Below, piece after piece: positions 7,347-16,310 of a DNA stretch of 64,000 nt. The position numbers were made by a program, and so were the translations under genes. The stretch comes from a virus (lineage: Duplodnaviria; Heunggongvirae; Uroviricota; Caudoviricetes): IMG/VR virus record IMGVR_UViG_3300046820_001896. One strand, given 5' to 3'. The notes under the pieces are model-generated. The model made no database searches. It saw only the letters and a program-made list of their open reading frames with translations, and was not told the origin of the DNA. Positions within the stretch are counted from its first letter, which is position 1. Each line of letters starts with the position of its first letter.

Positions 7347-7673
7347 ATGCCAGGAATTGCTAGAGTTGGTGTTGACAAAGCCGGTGGAGTAGTCACCGGT
7401 AATTTAGCTCCCACAGTTTTCGTAAATGGTTCACCTATCGTAGTGATAGGTGCAACTATTGCAGGTCACGGACTTGCTCCTCACGCTTCTCCAACTATGG
7501 TTGAAGGAGCTGTTGACGTGTTTGCGAATGGTATAGGTATATGTAGAACTGGCGATTTGGCATCGTGCGGTCATGCTATTTCAGGTTCAGATAATGTATT
7601 AACAGGATTTTACCCAAATCCGGGACCTACACGATTTGGTATTTCGAAATTTGGTGTGGAGAAACAAGGATAA
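7347..7673 (+). CDS. PAAR-repeat protein (gp5.4-like spike tip)
   Basis: 108 aa. Three PAAR-like repeats (VGD.AGG...T.N.SP.V...GA..AGHG.APH.S). Confidence 0.6.
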   Translation: MPGIARVGVDKAGGVVTGNLAPTVFVNGSPIVVIGATIAGHGLAPHASPTMVEGAVDVFANGIGICRTGDLASCGHAISGSDNVLTGFYPNPGPTRFGISKFGVEKQG

Positions 7674-7674
7674 T

Positions 7675-8094
7675 ATGGCATTAAAATATGCAGATAACGT
7701 TGGATCACAATTATTTGATCCTATTGGAGAAACAGATACTTTTGTAGTAGTAGAATCTGTTACATCATTTCCAGCAAATATATCACCAACTGATTTTGCT
7801 GTAGCAACTATTGCTAACGATGATAATAGTTTAACAGAATCGATTAAAATTACTTTTATTGATCGTCCTACTAGAACATTGACAATAGAACGAGGATACG
7901 ATGATTCGACACCGCGCAATTGGCCAAAAGGATCTAAATTAGAAATTCGTATTTCATCTGGTTTTTTCAGAGCATTTGAAGAACAGGTAAATACATATAC
8001 CGACGATGCAATTTCTGCATTAGAAACTTCATCGAATACAACAACAGAAGCTAAATCTAAAGCAGCATTTGCAGTTGCTTTTGTATTAAGCTAA
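7675..8094 (+). CDS. hypothetical protein (139 aa), start revised to MALKYADN
   Basis: ORF; the upstream extension overlaps the PAAR gene. Confidence 0.45.
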   Translation: MALKYADNVGSQLFDPIGETDTFVVVESVTSFPANISPTDFAVATIANDDNSLTESIKITFIDRPTRTLTIERGYDDSTPRNWPKGSKLEIRISSGFFRAFEEQVNTYTDDAISALETSSNTTTEAKSKAAFAVAFVLS

Positions 8095-8103
8095 GGAGAT
8101 TAA

Positions 8104-8733
8104 ATGTCTTTTGATTTTGAATTTACGCAAGAAAAACTTGCACACGTTATTCCTAACGCAAAGTATGGAGTAGAAACATGGCACAAAGAATTGGTAGAAC
8201 TTTTACCAGTTTTTGAAATTACTACAGTTGGTCGTGTTGCTGCATTTGTTGCGCAAACTGCTCATGAATCTGGTGGTTATACAGCACTAAAAGAAAACTT
8301 AAACTATAGTGCTGAAGGTTTGCATAAACTATGGCCAAATCGTTTCCCAACGGTTGAGTCAGCTATGCCTTATAATCGTAATCCGCAAGCTATCGCTAAT
8401 AAAGTTTACTCATCACGTATGGGTAACGGAGATGAACATAGCGGTGAAGGTTGGTTGTATTGCGGTCGTGGTCTACTACAATTGACTGGTAAAGCAAACT
8501 ATTCTGCATTCGCACAATACGCAGGTATGTCAGTAGAAGATGCACCTGAATATATCGAATCTCCACGCGGTGCTGTACACTCAGCATGTTGGTTCTGGTA
8601 TTCAAATGACTTGAATACATACGCAGATGCTGGTGATTTCACTGGTATGACTAAGCGTATCAATGGTGGTACAATCGGTTTAGACGATCGTATCAAACAT
8701 TATAATCACGCTGTAGAGATTTTCTCAGCGTAA
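8104..8733 (+). CDS. endolysin, glycoside hydrolase family 19 (chitinase-like lysozyme)
   Basis: AAFVAQTAHESGGY...GEGWLYCGRGLLQLTGKANY match GH19 catalytic motifs. No signal peptide. Confidence 0.8.
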   Translation: MSFDFEFTQEKLAHVIPNAKYGVETWHKELVELLPVFEITTVGRVAAFVAQTAHESGGYTALKENLNYSAEGLHKLWPNRFPTVESAMPYNRNPQAIANKVYSSRMGNGDEHSGEGWLYCGRGLLQLTGKANYSAFAQYAGMSVEDAPEYIESPRGAVHSACWFWYSNDLNTYADAGDFTGMTKRINGGTIGLDDRIKHYNHAVEIFSA

Positions 8734-8768
8734 CATAATATACACACTTTAACATAAGGAATGTTACA

Positions 8769-9002
8769 ATGAAAAAATTAATGTTAGCATTAGCGATTAC
8801 GTTTGGTATGACTAGTGTTTATGCTGCTGATCCAAAACCAGCACCGAAATTAGATTGCACAAAACCAGCAAATAAGAGTAAAGGTCCATGTCTTAAAGCA
8901 CCTGAGTCAAAAACAAAGGTAGAGATTAAGAAACCTGAGAAAAAGAAAGCTGCACCTGCTGCAACACAAAAGAAAGCTGCAGAAAATAACGCTAAACAAT
9001 AA
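8769..9002 (+). CDS. small secreted Lys-rich protein (77 aa)
   Basis: Signal peptide MKKLMLALAITFGMTSVYA. Confidence 0.45.
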   Translation: MKKLMLALAITFGMTSVYAADPKPAPKLDCTKPANKSKGPCLKAPESKTKVEIKKPEKKKAAPAATQKKAAENNAKQ

Positions 9003-9061
9003 GCGTTGCAGAGAACAAGCTTTTTATAGATATCTCTATAAGGGCCGGGGGAAATAATAAA

Positions 9062-9086
9062 GGGGACGAAAGTCCCCTTTTTTTAT
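9062..9086. terminator. bidirectional rho-independent terminator
   Basis: GGGGAC-GAAA-GTCCCC flanked by an A-run and a T-run, between convergent genes. Confidence 0.65.
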
Positions 9087-9098
9087 GCTTACTACTAT

Positions 9099-9653
9099 TT
9101 AAATAGTAATCGGTACAACTAACCATATACCTTGTGTTAGTAATAGAAGACCTATTACACCAACACCGAGGCTTGCATAATACATTCGCATATTGACAGC
9201 GATGATAGATGCGGATAATAAAACAATGGCGAGTTGGAATAACATTCCAGAGAATGTCAACCATGGACCATGTTTACGTGCTTCTTCACGTTCAGCTTCG
9301 TATGCTCTTGCTTTAGCTAAAAGTTCTTTCTTACCTTCACCAGATACTGGATCAGATTCGTATCTTTCGATCTTTGCTTTTAGTTTATCGGCTCTCGCAT
9401 GATCGCCTCTGTCTTTAGCTGTTTCGTATTCTGCTTCAGCTAATGATTGTTTCAATGATTTAGCTTGAAAGAATCCATACGTATTAGACGCTTTTAACAA
9501 ATTAGTCATCGCTGATCCGCTAAAGCTATTAGCAAAATATGTGTTTAATGCTAAGAACAATGCCATAATGACAATCACTAAACCAGCTTTGTCTTTAATT
9601 TGTGCTTCACGTTCGCTACGTGTCAATGGTTTCTTTTCTACAACTTCAGTCAT
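9099..9653 (-). CDS. membrane protein (184 aa, DUF4337-like topology)
   Basis: One TM segment near the N-terminus, a charged coiled-coil middle, and two C-terminal TM segments. Confidence 0.5.
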   Translation of the reverse strand: MTEVVEKKPLTRSEREAQIKDKAGLVIVIMALFLALNTYFANSFSGSAMTNLLKASNTYGFFQAKSLKQSLAEAEYETAKDRGDHARADKLKAKIERYESDPVSGEGKKELLAKARAYEAEREEARKHGPWLTFSGMLFQLAIVLLSASIIAVNMRMYYASLGVGVIGLLLLTQGIWLVVPITI

Positions 9654-9663
9654 ATAATTTCCT

Positions 9664-10158
9664 TTATTTTCCTGCTAATGGGTTATCCAAAGCTTTCTGA
9701 ATCTTATTATCTATCTCTTTACGTACGTTACGGATTTCACGATCTACTTCTTTTTGAGCTTCTGTTGCTTCACGTGCAGATTGTTTAGCTGAACGTTCTA
9801 CTTGTTCAACAACTCCTTCTAAACGACGGATATCATTCTTAAGATCATTCTTGATATCACGTGTGTAGTCATTTGTCTTTGAGCTGTTTTCTTCGATGAC
9901 AGCTAACTTTTTATGCACTTCAGTCAAATCTGGTGTAACATACTCAGCAATCTTTTTCTTCATGCTTTGATAGTCTTTATATACTTCGAATACGCCGTAT
10001 AAACCACCAAGTGTTGATGATACGATTGTTGCTGCAATCATCAATTTAGCTGGAGTAAATTCATAACCACCAATACTAATTACAGTATTAGCACTCATGT
10101 ATTTTTCTTTAGCATCTGCTAAATCGTCTATCTTTTTGTTTAAGTTTTTATCTGACAT
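9664..10158 (-). CDS. coiled-coil membrane protein (164 aa)
   Basis: TM segment IAATIVSSTLGGLYGVF plus a long charged helix. Confidence 0.5.
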   Translation of the reverse strand: MSDKNLNKKIDDLADAKEKYMSANTVISIGGYEFTPAKLMIAATIVSSTLGGLYGVFEVYKDYQSMKKKIAEYVTPDLTEVHKKLAVIEENSSKTNDYTRDIKNDLKNDIRRLEGVVEQVERSAKQSAREATEAQKEVDREIRNVRKEIDNKIQKALDNPLAGK

Positions 10159-10348
10159 TTTCTTCCCTTATTTCCACACTATATGTGTGCTTTTCTTTGT
10201 TGAACTAGATTTAGCAACTGGTTTTACAGGTGCTTTTCGTTTTTGTGGTGATTGAGCCTTAGTACAATTCAATTCGTAAAGCGTATAAAGGGATAGTGCT
10301 AAGGATATCACTGAAATTACATAAGCTACAAATGGCATATAATCCATG

Positions 10349-12292
10349 TCAATCCTTTCTGTTATATTGTGAATCAACCATATCATAGTGCACTTTATCT
10401 GAAGGACCAAATAGTCCCATACTTGCACGACGATTATCAATAGTCTTTTGATTGTTGTATACTGTAAATGGTTTGTAACCTGCCACATCTGGCATTTTTA
10501 CTTGATAAGCATCAAATCCTGGAGTAAAACCCATTGCTTGGATAACTACGTTTTGAATTTGCTTTTGCTGTTCCATATCAGCAGCTTTACCCATGTTTCC
10601 AGCTAAATTTTTACCATCCTCAACTGCTTTAGCTTTTGCTGCTGCTTCACGTCTTGCTTGAAGTTCTTGGCGTGCAGTTGGTTTTGGACTATCTGAAGTT
10701 TTACTATTATTTGTTGATGCAGTTGTTGTAGATCCACCAGAAGATGCTTGTGTATTTGATGGAGCATTTTCTTTAGGTTCTTCTTTTTTGGCTGGTGCAG
10801 GTGCTGTAGCGACTGACGTAACAGAAGTTGGTGAAGATGTGCTCGTAGAACTAACTGAAGGTGTTAAACTAACAGCAGTAGTCGCTGCTGCCGCAGGAGA
10901 CGCAGATGTAGATGTTGATGTAACAACGTTATTAACAACTGGATCTGATATCACCGCTACAGGAGTTGATGATGTATTTGTATTAGATGCTACAACTACA
11001 GTTTCGGCAACAGTAGTTGTTGTCGTAGTAGTAGGTGTGTTTTGTCTTTGTAATGCTTGTTGAGTAGCATACGCTTCACCATAATTTGGGCAACGAGTAG
11101 AATACAAACCGCTTATTGTACATTGTTGACTAAAATATGCTTCTTGATATCCTGGACAATCTGTAGCATATAACGCATTGATAGAACATTGCTGTGCTTT
11201 GTAAGCTTGTTGATAACCACTACACGTTGTAGAATATAATGGATTTAATGAACATTGTAATTCTAAATAAGCTGTCGCATAACCTGGACAGTTCACAGAA
11301 TATAGTGTATTCAATGAACATTGTTGCTCGAAGTATGCTTGTTGATAACCACTACATGTTGTAGAATATAATGGATTAATAGAGCATTGTTGTTGTAAAT
11401 AAGCAGCTTGATAACCTGGACATTGTTGACTATACAATGGATTTGTAGAGCATTGTTGTGTTAAGTGTGCAGCTGCATATCCTGGACAAGATGGATCAAA
11501 TAATGCACTTATTGTACATTGTTGAGCAGTGTAAGCAACTTGATATCCTGGACATGTTGGTGATGATAATGGATTGATGATACACATGTCAACTGGACCT
11601 GTACCATTAGGTGCTTGCCAACTAAAAATACTTGCACTTCCAGGCGTAATGTTTAAACCTCGGCCGTGATAGTATTGATAATACTCACCATTTGCCAAGT
11701 TACCAGACATACCTGAAGTAACTGCATTCCATTGTACCATGGCACCAGCAATTCGTGTATCAACTAAACCAGCAGAGTTGATTTTAATCTCAAAACTATT
11801 ACCGCCTTGTGATGAACAACATTGACTTAAATTATACCAACCATATGTCATACTATTACCTTCACGCAGGTAATATTGGTTTTGGCCATTCCAAGAATAT
11901 AAATCTGTGTGTATACCAAAAATAGAGTAATTGTAACGAGGATCTGTTGTTGTTCTTAAATCAACACCTGTACAACATAATCCATAAGCACCGCTTTGCA
12001 TTGGATCTTGGAACGTTACAACGCCATTAGTCATTGCCCATGAATTATTGAACACTCTACCAAAAAATGGAAAATCAAAACCTAATGGAACATTGCGCCA
12101 ATCGTCATCAGCTGCAGTAATATTAACTGCATTTGGATTTGTGCGAATATTTTGTAAAGGTAAAGCATTAGCGCCTGTTCCAACTGTTATCGACAATCCA
12201 GGAGGAGCACCAGGAATTTGGATCGTAACAAGTTCAGCACGTGCAACAACCGTGCTTACTAATAATAGTAAGGACACAAGTAAGCGCTTCAT
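10349..12292 (-). CDS. secreted repeat protein: N-terminal globular domain, then eight ~20-aa Cys repeats (CPGYQxAYxxQQCSxNPLYS), a Thr/Ser linker, and a C-terminal domain
   Basis: 647 aa. Signal peptide MKRLLVSLLLLVSTVVARA. Eight tandem repeats with two Cys each. Roughly 120 aa of low-complexity T/S/A/P sequence. Confidence 0.6.
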   Translation of the reverse strand: MKRLLVSLLLLVSTVVARAELVTIQIPGAPPGLSITVGTGANALPLQNIRTNPNAVNITAADDDWRNVPLGFDFPFFGRVFNNSWAMTNGVVTFQDPMQSGAYGLCCTGVDLRTTTDPRYNYSIFGIHTDLYSWNGQNQYYLREGNSMTYGWYNLSQCCSSQGGNSFEIKINSAGLVDTRIAGAMVQWNAVTSGMSGNLANGEYYQYYHGRGLNITPGSASIFSWQAPNGTGPVDMCIINPLSSPTCPGYQVAYTAQQCTISALFDPSCPGYAAAHLTQQCSTNPLYSQQCPGYQAAYLQQQCSINPLYSTTCSGYQQAYFEQQCSLNTLYSVNCPGYATAYLELQCSLNPLYSTTCSGYQQAYKAQQCSINALYATDCPGYQEAYFSQQCTISGLYSTRCPNYGEAYATQQALQRQNTPTTTTTTTVAETVVVASNTNTSSTPVAVISDPVVNNVVTSTSTSASPAAAATTAVSLTPSVSSTSTSSPTSVTSVATAPAPAKKEEPKENAPSNTQASSGGSTTTASTNNSKTSDSPKPTARQELQARREAAAKAKAVEDGKNLAGNMGKAADMEQQKQIQNVVIQAMGFTPGFDAYQVKMPDVAGYKPFTVYNNQKTIDNRRASMGLFGPSDKVHYDMVDSQYNRKD

Positions 12293-12294
12293 GC

Positions 12295-12768
12295 TTACTC
12301 TTTACTTTTTACTTTTTGTGGCTTGCGATCTGGATCTGCTTCCCAGATTTGTTTAGCCTGTTCACCGATTTTGCCATCTGCTGGACATGGTGTACCAGCA
12401 TTCATCATAGCTGTGAATACACGTTCATCTTGGCATAAAGTTGATACAGCTGCAACTTTCATACCCATATCGTATAATGAACGAGCTAATTTTAAGCGTT
12501 CGCAGTTCTTATCGGTAACACTACCGCCAAAAGAAATGCCCAACACTTGAGTTTGAGCAGCGCCTGAATATCCTACTGCACAGACGTCACTATTGATAAC
12601 TGTAATTGCTGGTGCAACTGCAGTTGGAGGAGGAGATTTTACTGTTGTTGTGCTATTTGAAGTAGAATCTGTTGTGGATCTACTTGTCGAGTCGGTAACA
12701 ATTGGTTGAGCAATTGTTAATGATGTAGTCATAACAAAAAGCACCGTTGCGGCGATCTTTTTGTACAT
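12295..12768 (-). CDS. secreted Ser/Thr-rich protein (158 aa), start revised to MYKKIAAT
   Basis: Signal peptide, S/T-rich stretch, Cys-containing C-terminal domain. Confidence 0.5.
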   Translation of the reverse strand: MYKKIAATVLFVMTTSLTIAQPIVTDSTSRSTTDSTSNSTTTVKSPPPTAVAPAITVINSDVCAVGYSGAAQTQVLGISFGGSVTDKNCERLKLARSLYDMGMKVAAVSTLCQDERVFTAMMNAGTPCPADGKIGEQAKQIWEADPDRKPQKVKSKE

Positions 12769-12834
12769 GGTTTTTCCTGTTTTAGTTATTATAATGAAAC
12801 CAGTGGCATTTTTTGCCACCATGACACTTATTGT

Positions 12835-12846
12835 TATTTATAAATA
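12835..12846. promoter_or_regulatory. back-to-back late promoters (TATTTATAAATA): TATAAATA on both strands
   Basis: Plus-strand TATAAATA at 12839-12846 is upstream of 12854. Its reverse complement at 12835-12842 is upstream of the minus-strand operon starting at 12768. Confidence 0.5.
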
Positions 12847-12853
12847 AAAGCAT

Positions 12854-13363
12854 ATGAAAACGCACATTTTAGGCAATGGTCCTTCCAATATATTATATGA
12901 ACCAAGCGATGGATACGTAATCGGTTGTAATGTACAAACCCATCCAGTTGATATATCAATTGCTGTTGATATAAAACCATTCCATTTGTACATGGCAAAT
13001 AGGATGATTTTTCAAGGTAAACCTATCATCACTTCTCAATATGCTATGGATGGAATTAAACATAAAGACATTGAGAAAGAACTAGACATCATTTATAAGT
13101 TACCTTTTTTAGAAAAATATATGAGTGCAGGTCATATCGCTGCAAAATGGGCAATTGATAATGGATACACAGAAATTCATCTATGGGGATTTGACTCAAT
13201 TTGGTCAGATAGCCAAGAAACAAAAACTGACATACTAATTCCTAGAGATAGACGGCAACACGACTTACCTATCCATTGGAGAGAAAAATGGCAACAATTT
13301 AAAACATACAACATAATCGTGCATAACACAATAGAAGGCACACAACTGAAAGACTTAATATGA
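12854..13363 (+). CDS. hypothetical protein (169 aa), possibly Rossmann-like
   Basis: ORF after a late promoter; GNGPS..GCN..HLWGFD pattern. Confidence 0.5.
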   Translation: MKTHILGNGPSNILYEPSDGYVIGCNVQTHPVDISIAVDIKPFHLYMANRMIFQGKPIITSQYAMDGIKHKDIEKELDIIYKLPFLEKYMSAGHIAAKWAIDNGYTEIHLWGFDSIWSDSQETKTDILIPRDRRQHDLPIHWREKWQQFKTYNIIVHNTIEGTQLKDLI

Positions 13364-13638
13364 ACAAGAACCAAATACAAGAGATTGATTTCGATTTCGG
13401 GTTTACTGCTGTCGATGAGGAAGAACTTGAAGCGGTACAAACAGTCACTGCACAAGTAGAAGCAACAAGCGGGGAAGTAGAGACACTTAAAGAAAAGTTG
13501 AAGACGCTACGTGCATGTATCGAACCACTACTAAAGAATCTGGAAGCAAATCCTGAGAAAGCATACATCCACTGGCCAGATCGTACAAGCAAGGTTAAGG
13601 CATTTAGGAGTAAATTAGACTCGATACAAAAGTTCTAA
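13360..13638 (+). CDS. hypothetical acidic protein (92 aa)
   Basis: ORF; ATGA overlap. Confidence 0.45.
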   Translation: MNKNQIQEIDFDFGFTAVDEEELEAVQTVTAQVEATSGEVETLKEKLKTLRACIEPLLKNLEANPEKAYIHWPDRTSKVKAFRSKLDSIQKF

Positions 13639-13679
13639 TTTCACCTGGTGAAATGCACCACATCCAAGTCCCTCCGTGC

Positions 13680-13707
13680 AAGCCAATGATTTCATTGGCT
13701 TTTTCTT
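13680..13707 (+). terminator. rho-independent terminator
   Basis: AAGCCAATGA-TT-TCATTGGCTT followed by TTTTC. Confidence 0.6.
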
Positions 13708-13741
13708 GCTGAAAAAAAAGTGAAAATATTTCGCCCAGGCT

Positions 13742-13771
13742 ATGTACAAACTGCAGGAAACGCTGTATAAT
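13742..13771 (+). promoter_or_regulatory. middle-type promoter ATGTACAA-N16-TATAAT
   Basis: Motif match, 32 nt upstream of 13803. Confidence 0.5.
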
Positions 13772-13802
13772 GGTTACATAAATTGAAAAAGCGAGGTAAA
13801 TT

Positions 13803-14150
13803 ATGAAATACACATTAGACGAAGGCATCTCAAAAGCTGTACAACTTATGCAAGATAGTTACATTAATTTGTACAAAGCTCGCGCTGATGACAATGCTGC
13901 ACGCAAAGTTTTTGCTGCAGAACAAGTAGAAAAGTTTATCAAAACTACACGTATTGAAAAAGGTCGTAACTATGTAAAAATTGCCGCTGATGGTAGCGTT
14001 AAATTTTTTGTCGTAGCAAAAGCAACAAAAGGTTTTAATGTCGGTGATATTTTGAAAGCTGCATCGTGGCGTGCACCAGCAACAAACTTTGCACGCGGTA
14101 ACGTTATCGATGGAGATTTTAGTCAAATTACATGGACAGGAGCATACTAA
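13803..14150 (+). CDS. hypothetical protein (115 aa)
   Basis: ORF. Confidence 0.5.
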   Translation: MKYTLDEGISKAVQLMQDSYINLYKARADDNAARKVFAAEQVEKFIKTTRIEKGRNYVKIAADGSVKFFVVAKATKGFNVGDILKAASWRAPATNFARGNVIDGDFSQITWTGAY

Positions 14151-14302
14151 TGATTCGAGTAGTAATTGGTTTTCTGATAGTTTTTGGTGCAGTTGGTGGC
14201 ATGGACAGTGGTACTGATGCGCAATTACCTGCACAGATCGCTCTGGCGGTTACAGGATTGGCATTGATGTACTTTGGTACTAAAAAAATAAATGCGAATT
14301 AA
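14150..14302 (+). CDS. small two-TM membrane protein (50 aa)
   Basis: TAATG overlap. MIRVVIGFLIVFGAV...LAVTGLALMYFG. The stop lies inside the palindrome GCGAATTAATTCGC. Confidence 0.3.
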   Translation: MIRVVIGFLIVFGAVGGMDSGTDAQLPAQIALAVTGLALMYFGTKKINAN

Positions 14303-14314
14303 TTCGCAAAAAGC

Positions 14315-14344
14315 ATGTACAAACAAGAAAAAGTGTGGTATAAT
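14315..14344 (+). promoter_or_regulatory. middle-type promoter ATGTACAA-N16-TATAAT (TGTGG extended -10); near-leaderless
   Basis: The -10 ends 5 nt before ATG 14350. Confidence 0.5.
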
Positions 14345-14349
14345 TAATC

Positions 14350-14508
14350 ATGACAAAACGAAAGGTAACTCGCAAAGCAAATCCGATAGCGAAAGATTTG
14401 CGTACACCGAAGTACCGCATGCGTGTTGTCAAAAGCAAGAAAGCTTACACACGTAAGCAACGTAGTGAAATCATTAACATTGAAATGGAGTTAAATCATG
14501 GGTCGTAA
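14350..14508 (+). CDS. small basic protein (52 aa) resembling ArfA (alternative ribosome-rescue factor)
   Basis: MTKRKVTRKANPIAKDLRTPKYRMRVVKSKKAYTRKQR. The pattern N.I....P..R.RV.K.KK..Y.RK resembles the ArfA core (from memory; no search possible). Confidence 0.35.
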   Translation: MTKRKVTRKANPIAKDLRTPKYRMRVVKSKKAYTRKQRSEIINIEMELNHGS

Positions 14509-14983
14509 AGCACGTGTTTATCAAGCAGAATTTGTTCAAAAGTTCGAAGACAAGTTCTATTCAGAATTCCCTCAAGTAAAGAGTGGTGGTACATTCCTTT
14601 GGAAAGATGCAGTTAAAGTCATGCGTCAACTTGGTTTGAATCCACGTAACGGTAACGAATATCCGTTTTACTTCTTTACTAACAAAGTTTCGAAAGGCGT
14701 TTACAAAATGCCAACGAAACCAGCATTGATCGCTGGTACACCTGCAGCAACTGCAGCAAGCATCGTTAAATCGAAGCAACCAAAGGTAGCGAAGACGCCT
14801 AAAGCGACAGTAGCTCGCGTGTCCGCACCGAAAGTCACCACAGCTGTGACACGTATTAAGAAGTCAGATAAGTCCGATTCAGATATCGGCACTGGTGGAT
14901 TCGACAACGATGTATCATTCGATGACGTAGCATCTCTGCGCGGCGAATTTGGTCTCGGCGAATTCCGTAACACACTAGACTAA
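14498..14983 (+). CDS. hypothetical protein (161 aa) with basic A/K/T-rich middle
   Basis: ORF. Confidence 0.5.
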   Translation: MGRKARVYQAEFVQKFEDKFYSEFPQVKSGGTFLWKDAVKVMRQLGLNPRNGNEYPFYFFTNKVSKGVYKMPTKPALIAGTPAATAASIVKSKQPKVAKTPKATVARVSAPKVTTAVTRIKKSDKSDSDIGTGGFDNDVSFDDVASLRGEFGLGEFRNTLD

Positions 14984-15070
14984 GCTCCTTTCCTTTCGCT
15001 TAGACTGACCACCACATTCGGGAGAATCTGGCTATATAGGTCGCCGCATTAGAGTAAGCGGCTCCATTTA

Positions 15071-15259
15071 TTGAAAGGCTATATGATTAGACTTTGGTTG
15101 GCATTTTTCGTAATATTTTTTCTGTTTTATGTTGGTATTCCTACATTCCATAAACTCACTGGTCGTGAGAAGTGGGCTGTAACGAAGATCGCATTGTACA
15201 GTTTTGTGTGCTCTTTGCTTGCAATCGGCGCAATGATTTTGATCGTGATTTTATTTTAA
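15071..15259 (+). CDS. small membrane protein (62 aa), possible SPFH partner
   Basis: Two TM helices; immediately upstream of the SPFH gene. Confidence 0.35.
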   Translation: MKGYMIRLWLAFFVIFFLFYVGIPTFHKLTGREKWAVTKIALYSFVCSLLAIGAMILIVILF

Positions 15260-15267
15260 GGATTTAT

Positions 15268-16065
15268 ATGAAGACATCTATGAAACTCTTGGCTATCGCA
15301 ATGGCCGTCGCTGCACTCCCAGCATGTACACGTATTGAGACTGGCGAAGTCGGTGTACGAGTTGGTTTCGATAAACAAGTTCAACAAGGCGAACTCTTGC
15401 CTGGTTCGTTCAATCAAGTGTTGATTGGTGATGTGCTTACATTCCCAATCAAAGATGTGAACGTTAAGCTCGAAGATATGACACCTGTTGCAAAAGACAA
15501 TAGCACAATGAAAGACTTCGATGCTGTTGTAATCTATAACATCAATCAAGCACAAGTCGCTGAGCTCTATAGCCAAAAGAGTCAAGCATTCCACGCTCGT
15601 CATAACGGCGACATCTATCTGATGTACAACTATATCGTTCAAACTACTCGTAATGCTATTTACAAAGAAGCACGTAAATACGAAGCATTAGACATGGCTG
15701 ACAATCGTCAAGCAATGGAACAAGCAATCAAAGAACAGATCCAGAAATCACTCGCTGAAGAAAAGCTTGATGGTAGTTTGATGATCGGTCAAGTGTTGAT
15801 TCGTAACATCGTTCCTGCTGATTCAGTCGTTGAGAGTGCAAACGCATTGGTTCGTGCAAAGAACGAACTAAAGCAAAAAGAAGTTGAAGTGCGTACAGCT
15901 AAAATGGAAGCTGAACGTATGCAAGCATTGTCCAATCAAGGTGCAAGTTCTATCGCATACATGAATGCTCAAGCTGCATTGAACATCTCTGAAGGTATTA
16001 AGAACGGTAAAGTGCAAACCATCGTTGTACCTAGCAACATGACTGGCTTGATGATTGGAAAATGA
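15268..16065 (+). CDS. SPFH/band-7 (prohibitin/HflC-like) lipoprotein, start revised to MKTSMKLL
   Basis: Lipobox LPAC after the signal peptide. SPFH core ETGEVGVRVGF...; C-terminal coiled coil. Confidence 0.6.
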   Translation: MKTSMKLLAIAMAVAALPACTRIETGEVGVRVGFDKQVQQGELLPGSFNQVLIGDVLTFPIKDVNVKLEDMTPVAKDNSTMKDFDAVVIYNINQAQVAELYSQKSQAFHARHNGDIYLMYNYIVQTTRNAIYKEARKYEALDMADNRQAMEQAIKEQIQKSLAEEKLDGSLMIGQVLIRNIVPADSVVESANALVRAKNELKQKEVEVRTAKMEAERMQALSNQGASSIAYMNAQAALNISEGIKNGKVQTIVVPSNMTGLMIGK

Positions 16066-16310
16066 TGATTATTAATAAAGATACACTCCGCAAAGAACTT
16101 AAAGAAGGTGTGAAAACGATCACCTTCACTAAGACTGATGGCACTCAACGTGTATTGAAGTGCACTCTACAAGAATTTGTGTTGCCACAAGTAGATGCTA
16201 CTAAATTAGTAACTGCCAAAAAGCAGAACGATGAAGCACTTGCAGTGTGGGACATTGAGAACGCAGGGTGGAGATCATTTAGGTATGATTCAATCATCAG
16301 CGTCGTATAA
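16062..16310 (+). CDS. hypothetical protein (82 aa)
   Basis: ORF; ATGA overlap. Confidence 0.35.
   Translation: MMIINKDTLRKELKEGVKTITFTKTDGTQRVLKCTLQEFVLPQVDATKLVTAKKQNDEALAVWDIENAGWRSFRYDSIISVV

Noticed and set aside
10788-11063. Plus-strand ORF inside the T/S-rich linker of the secreted repeat protein
   Set aside because: It is a low-complexity antisense artefact of the Thr/Ser codons.
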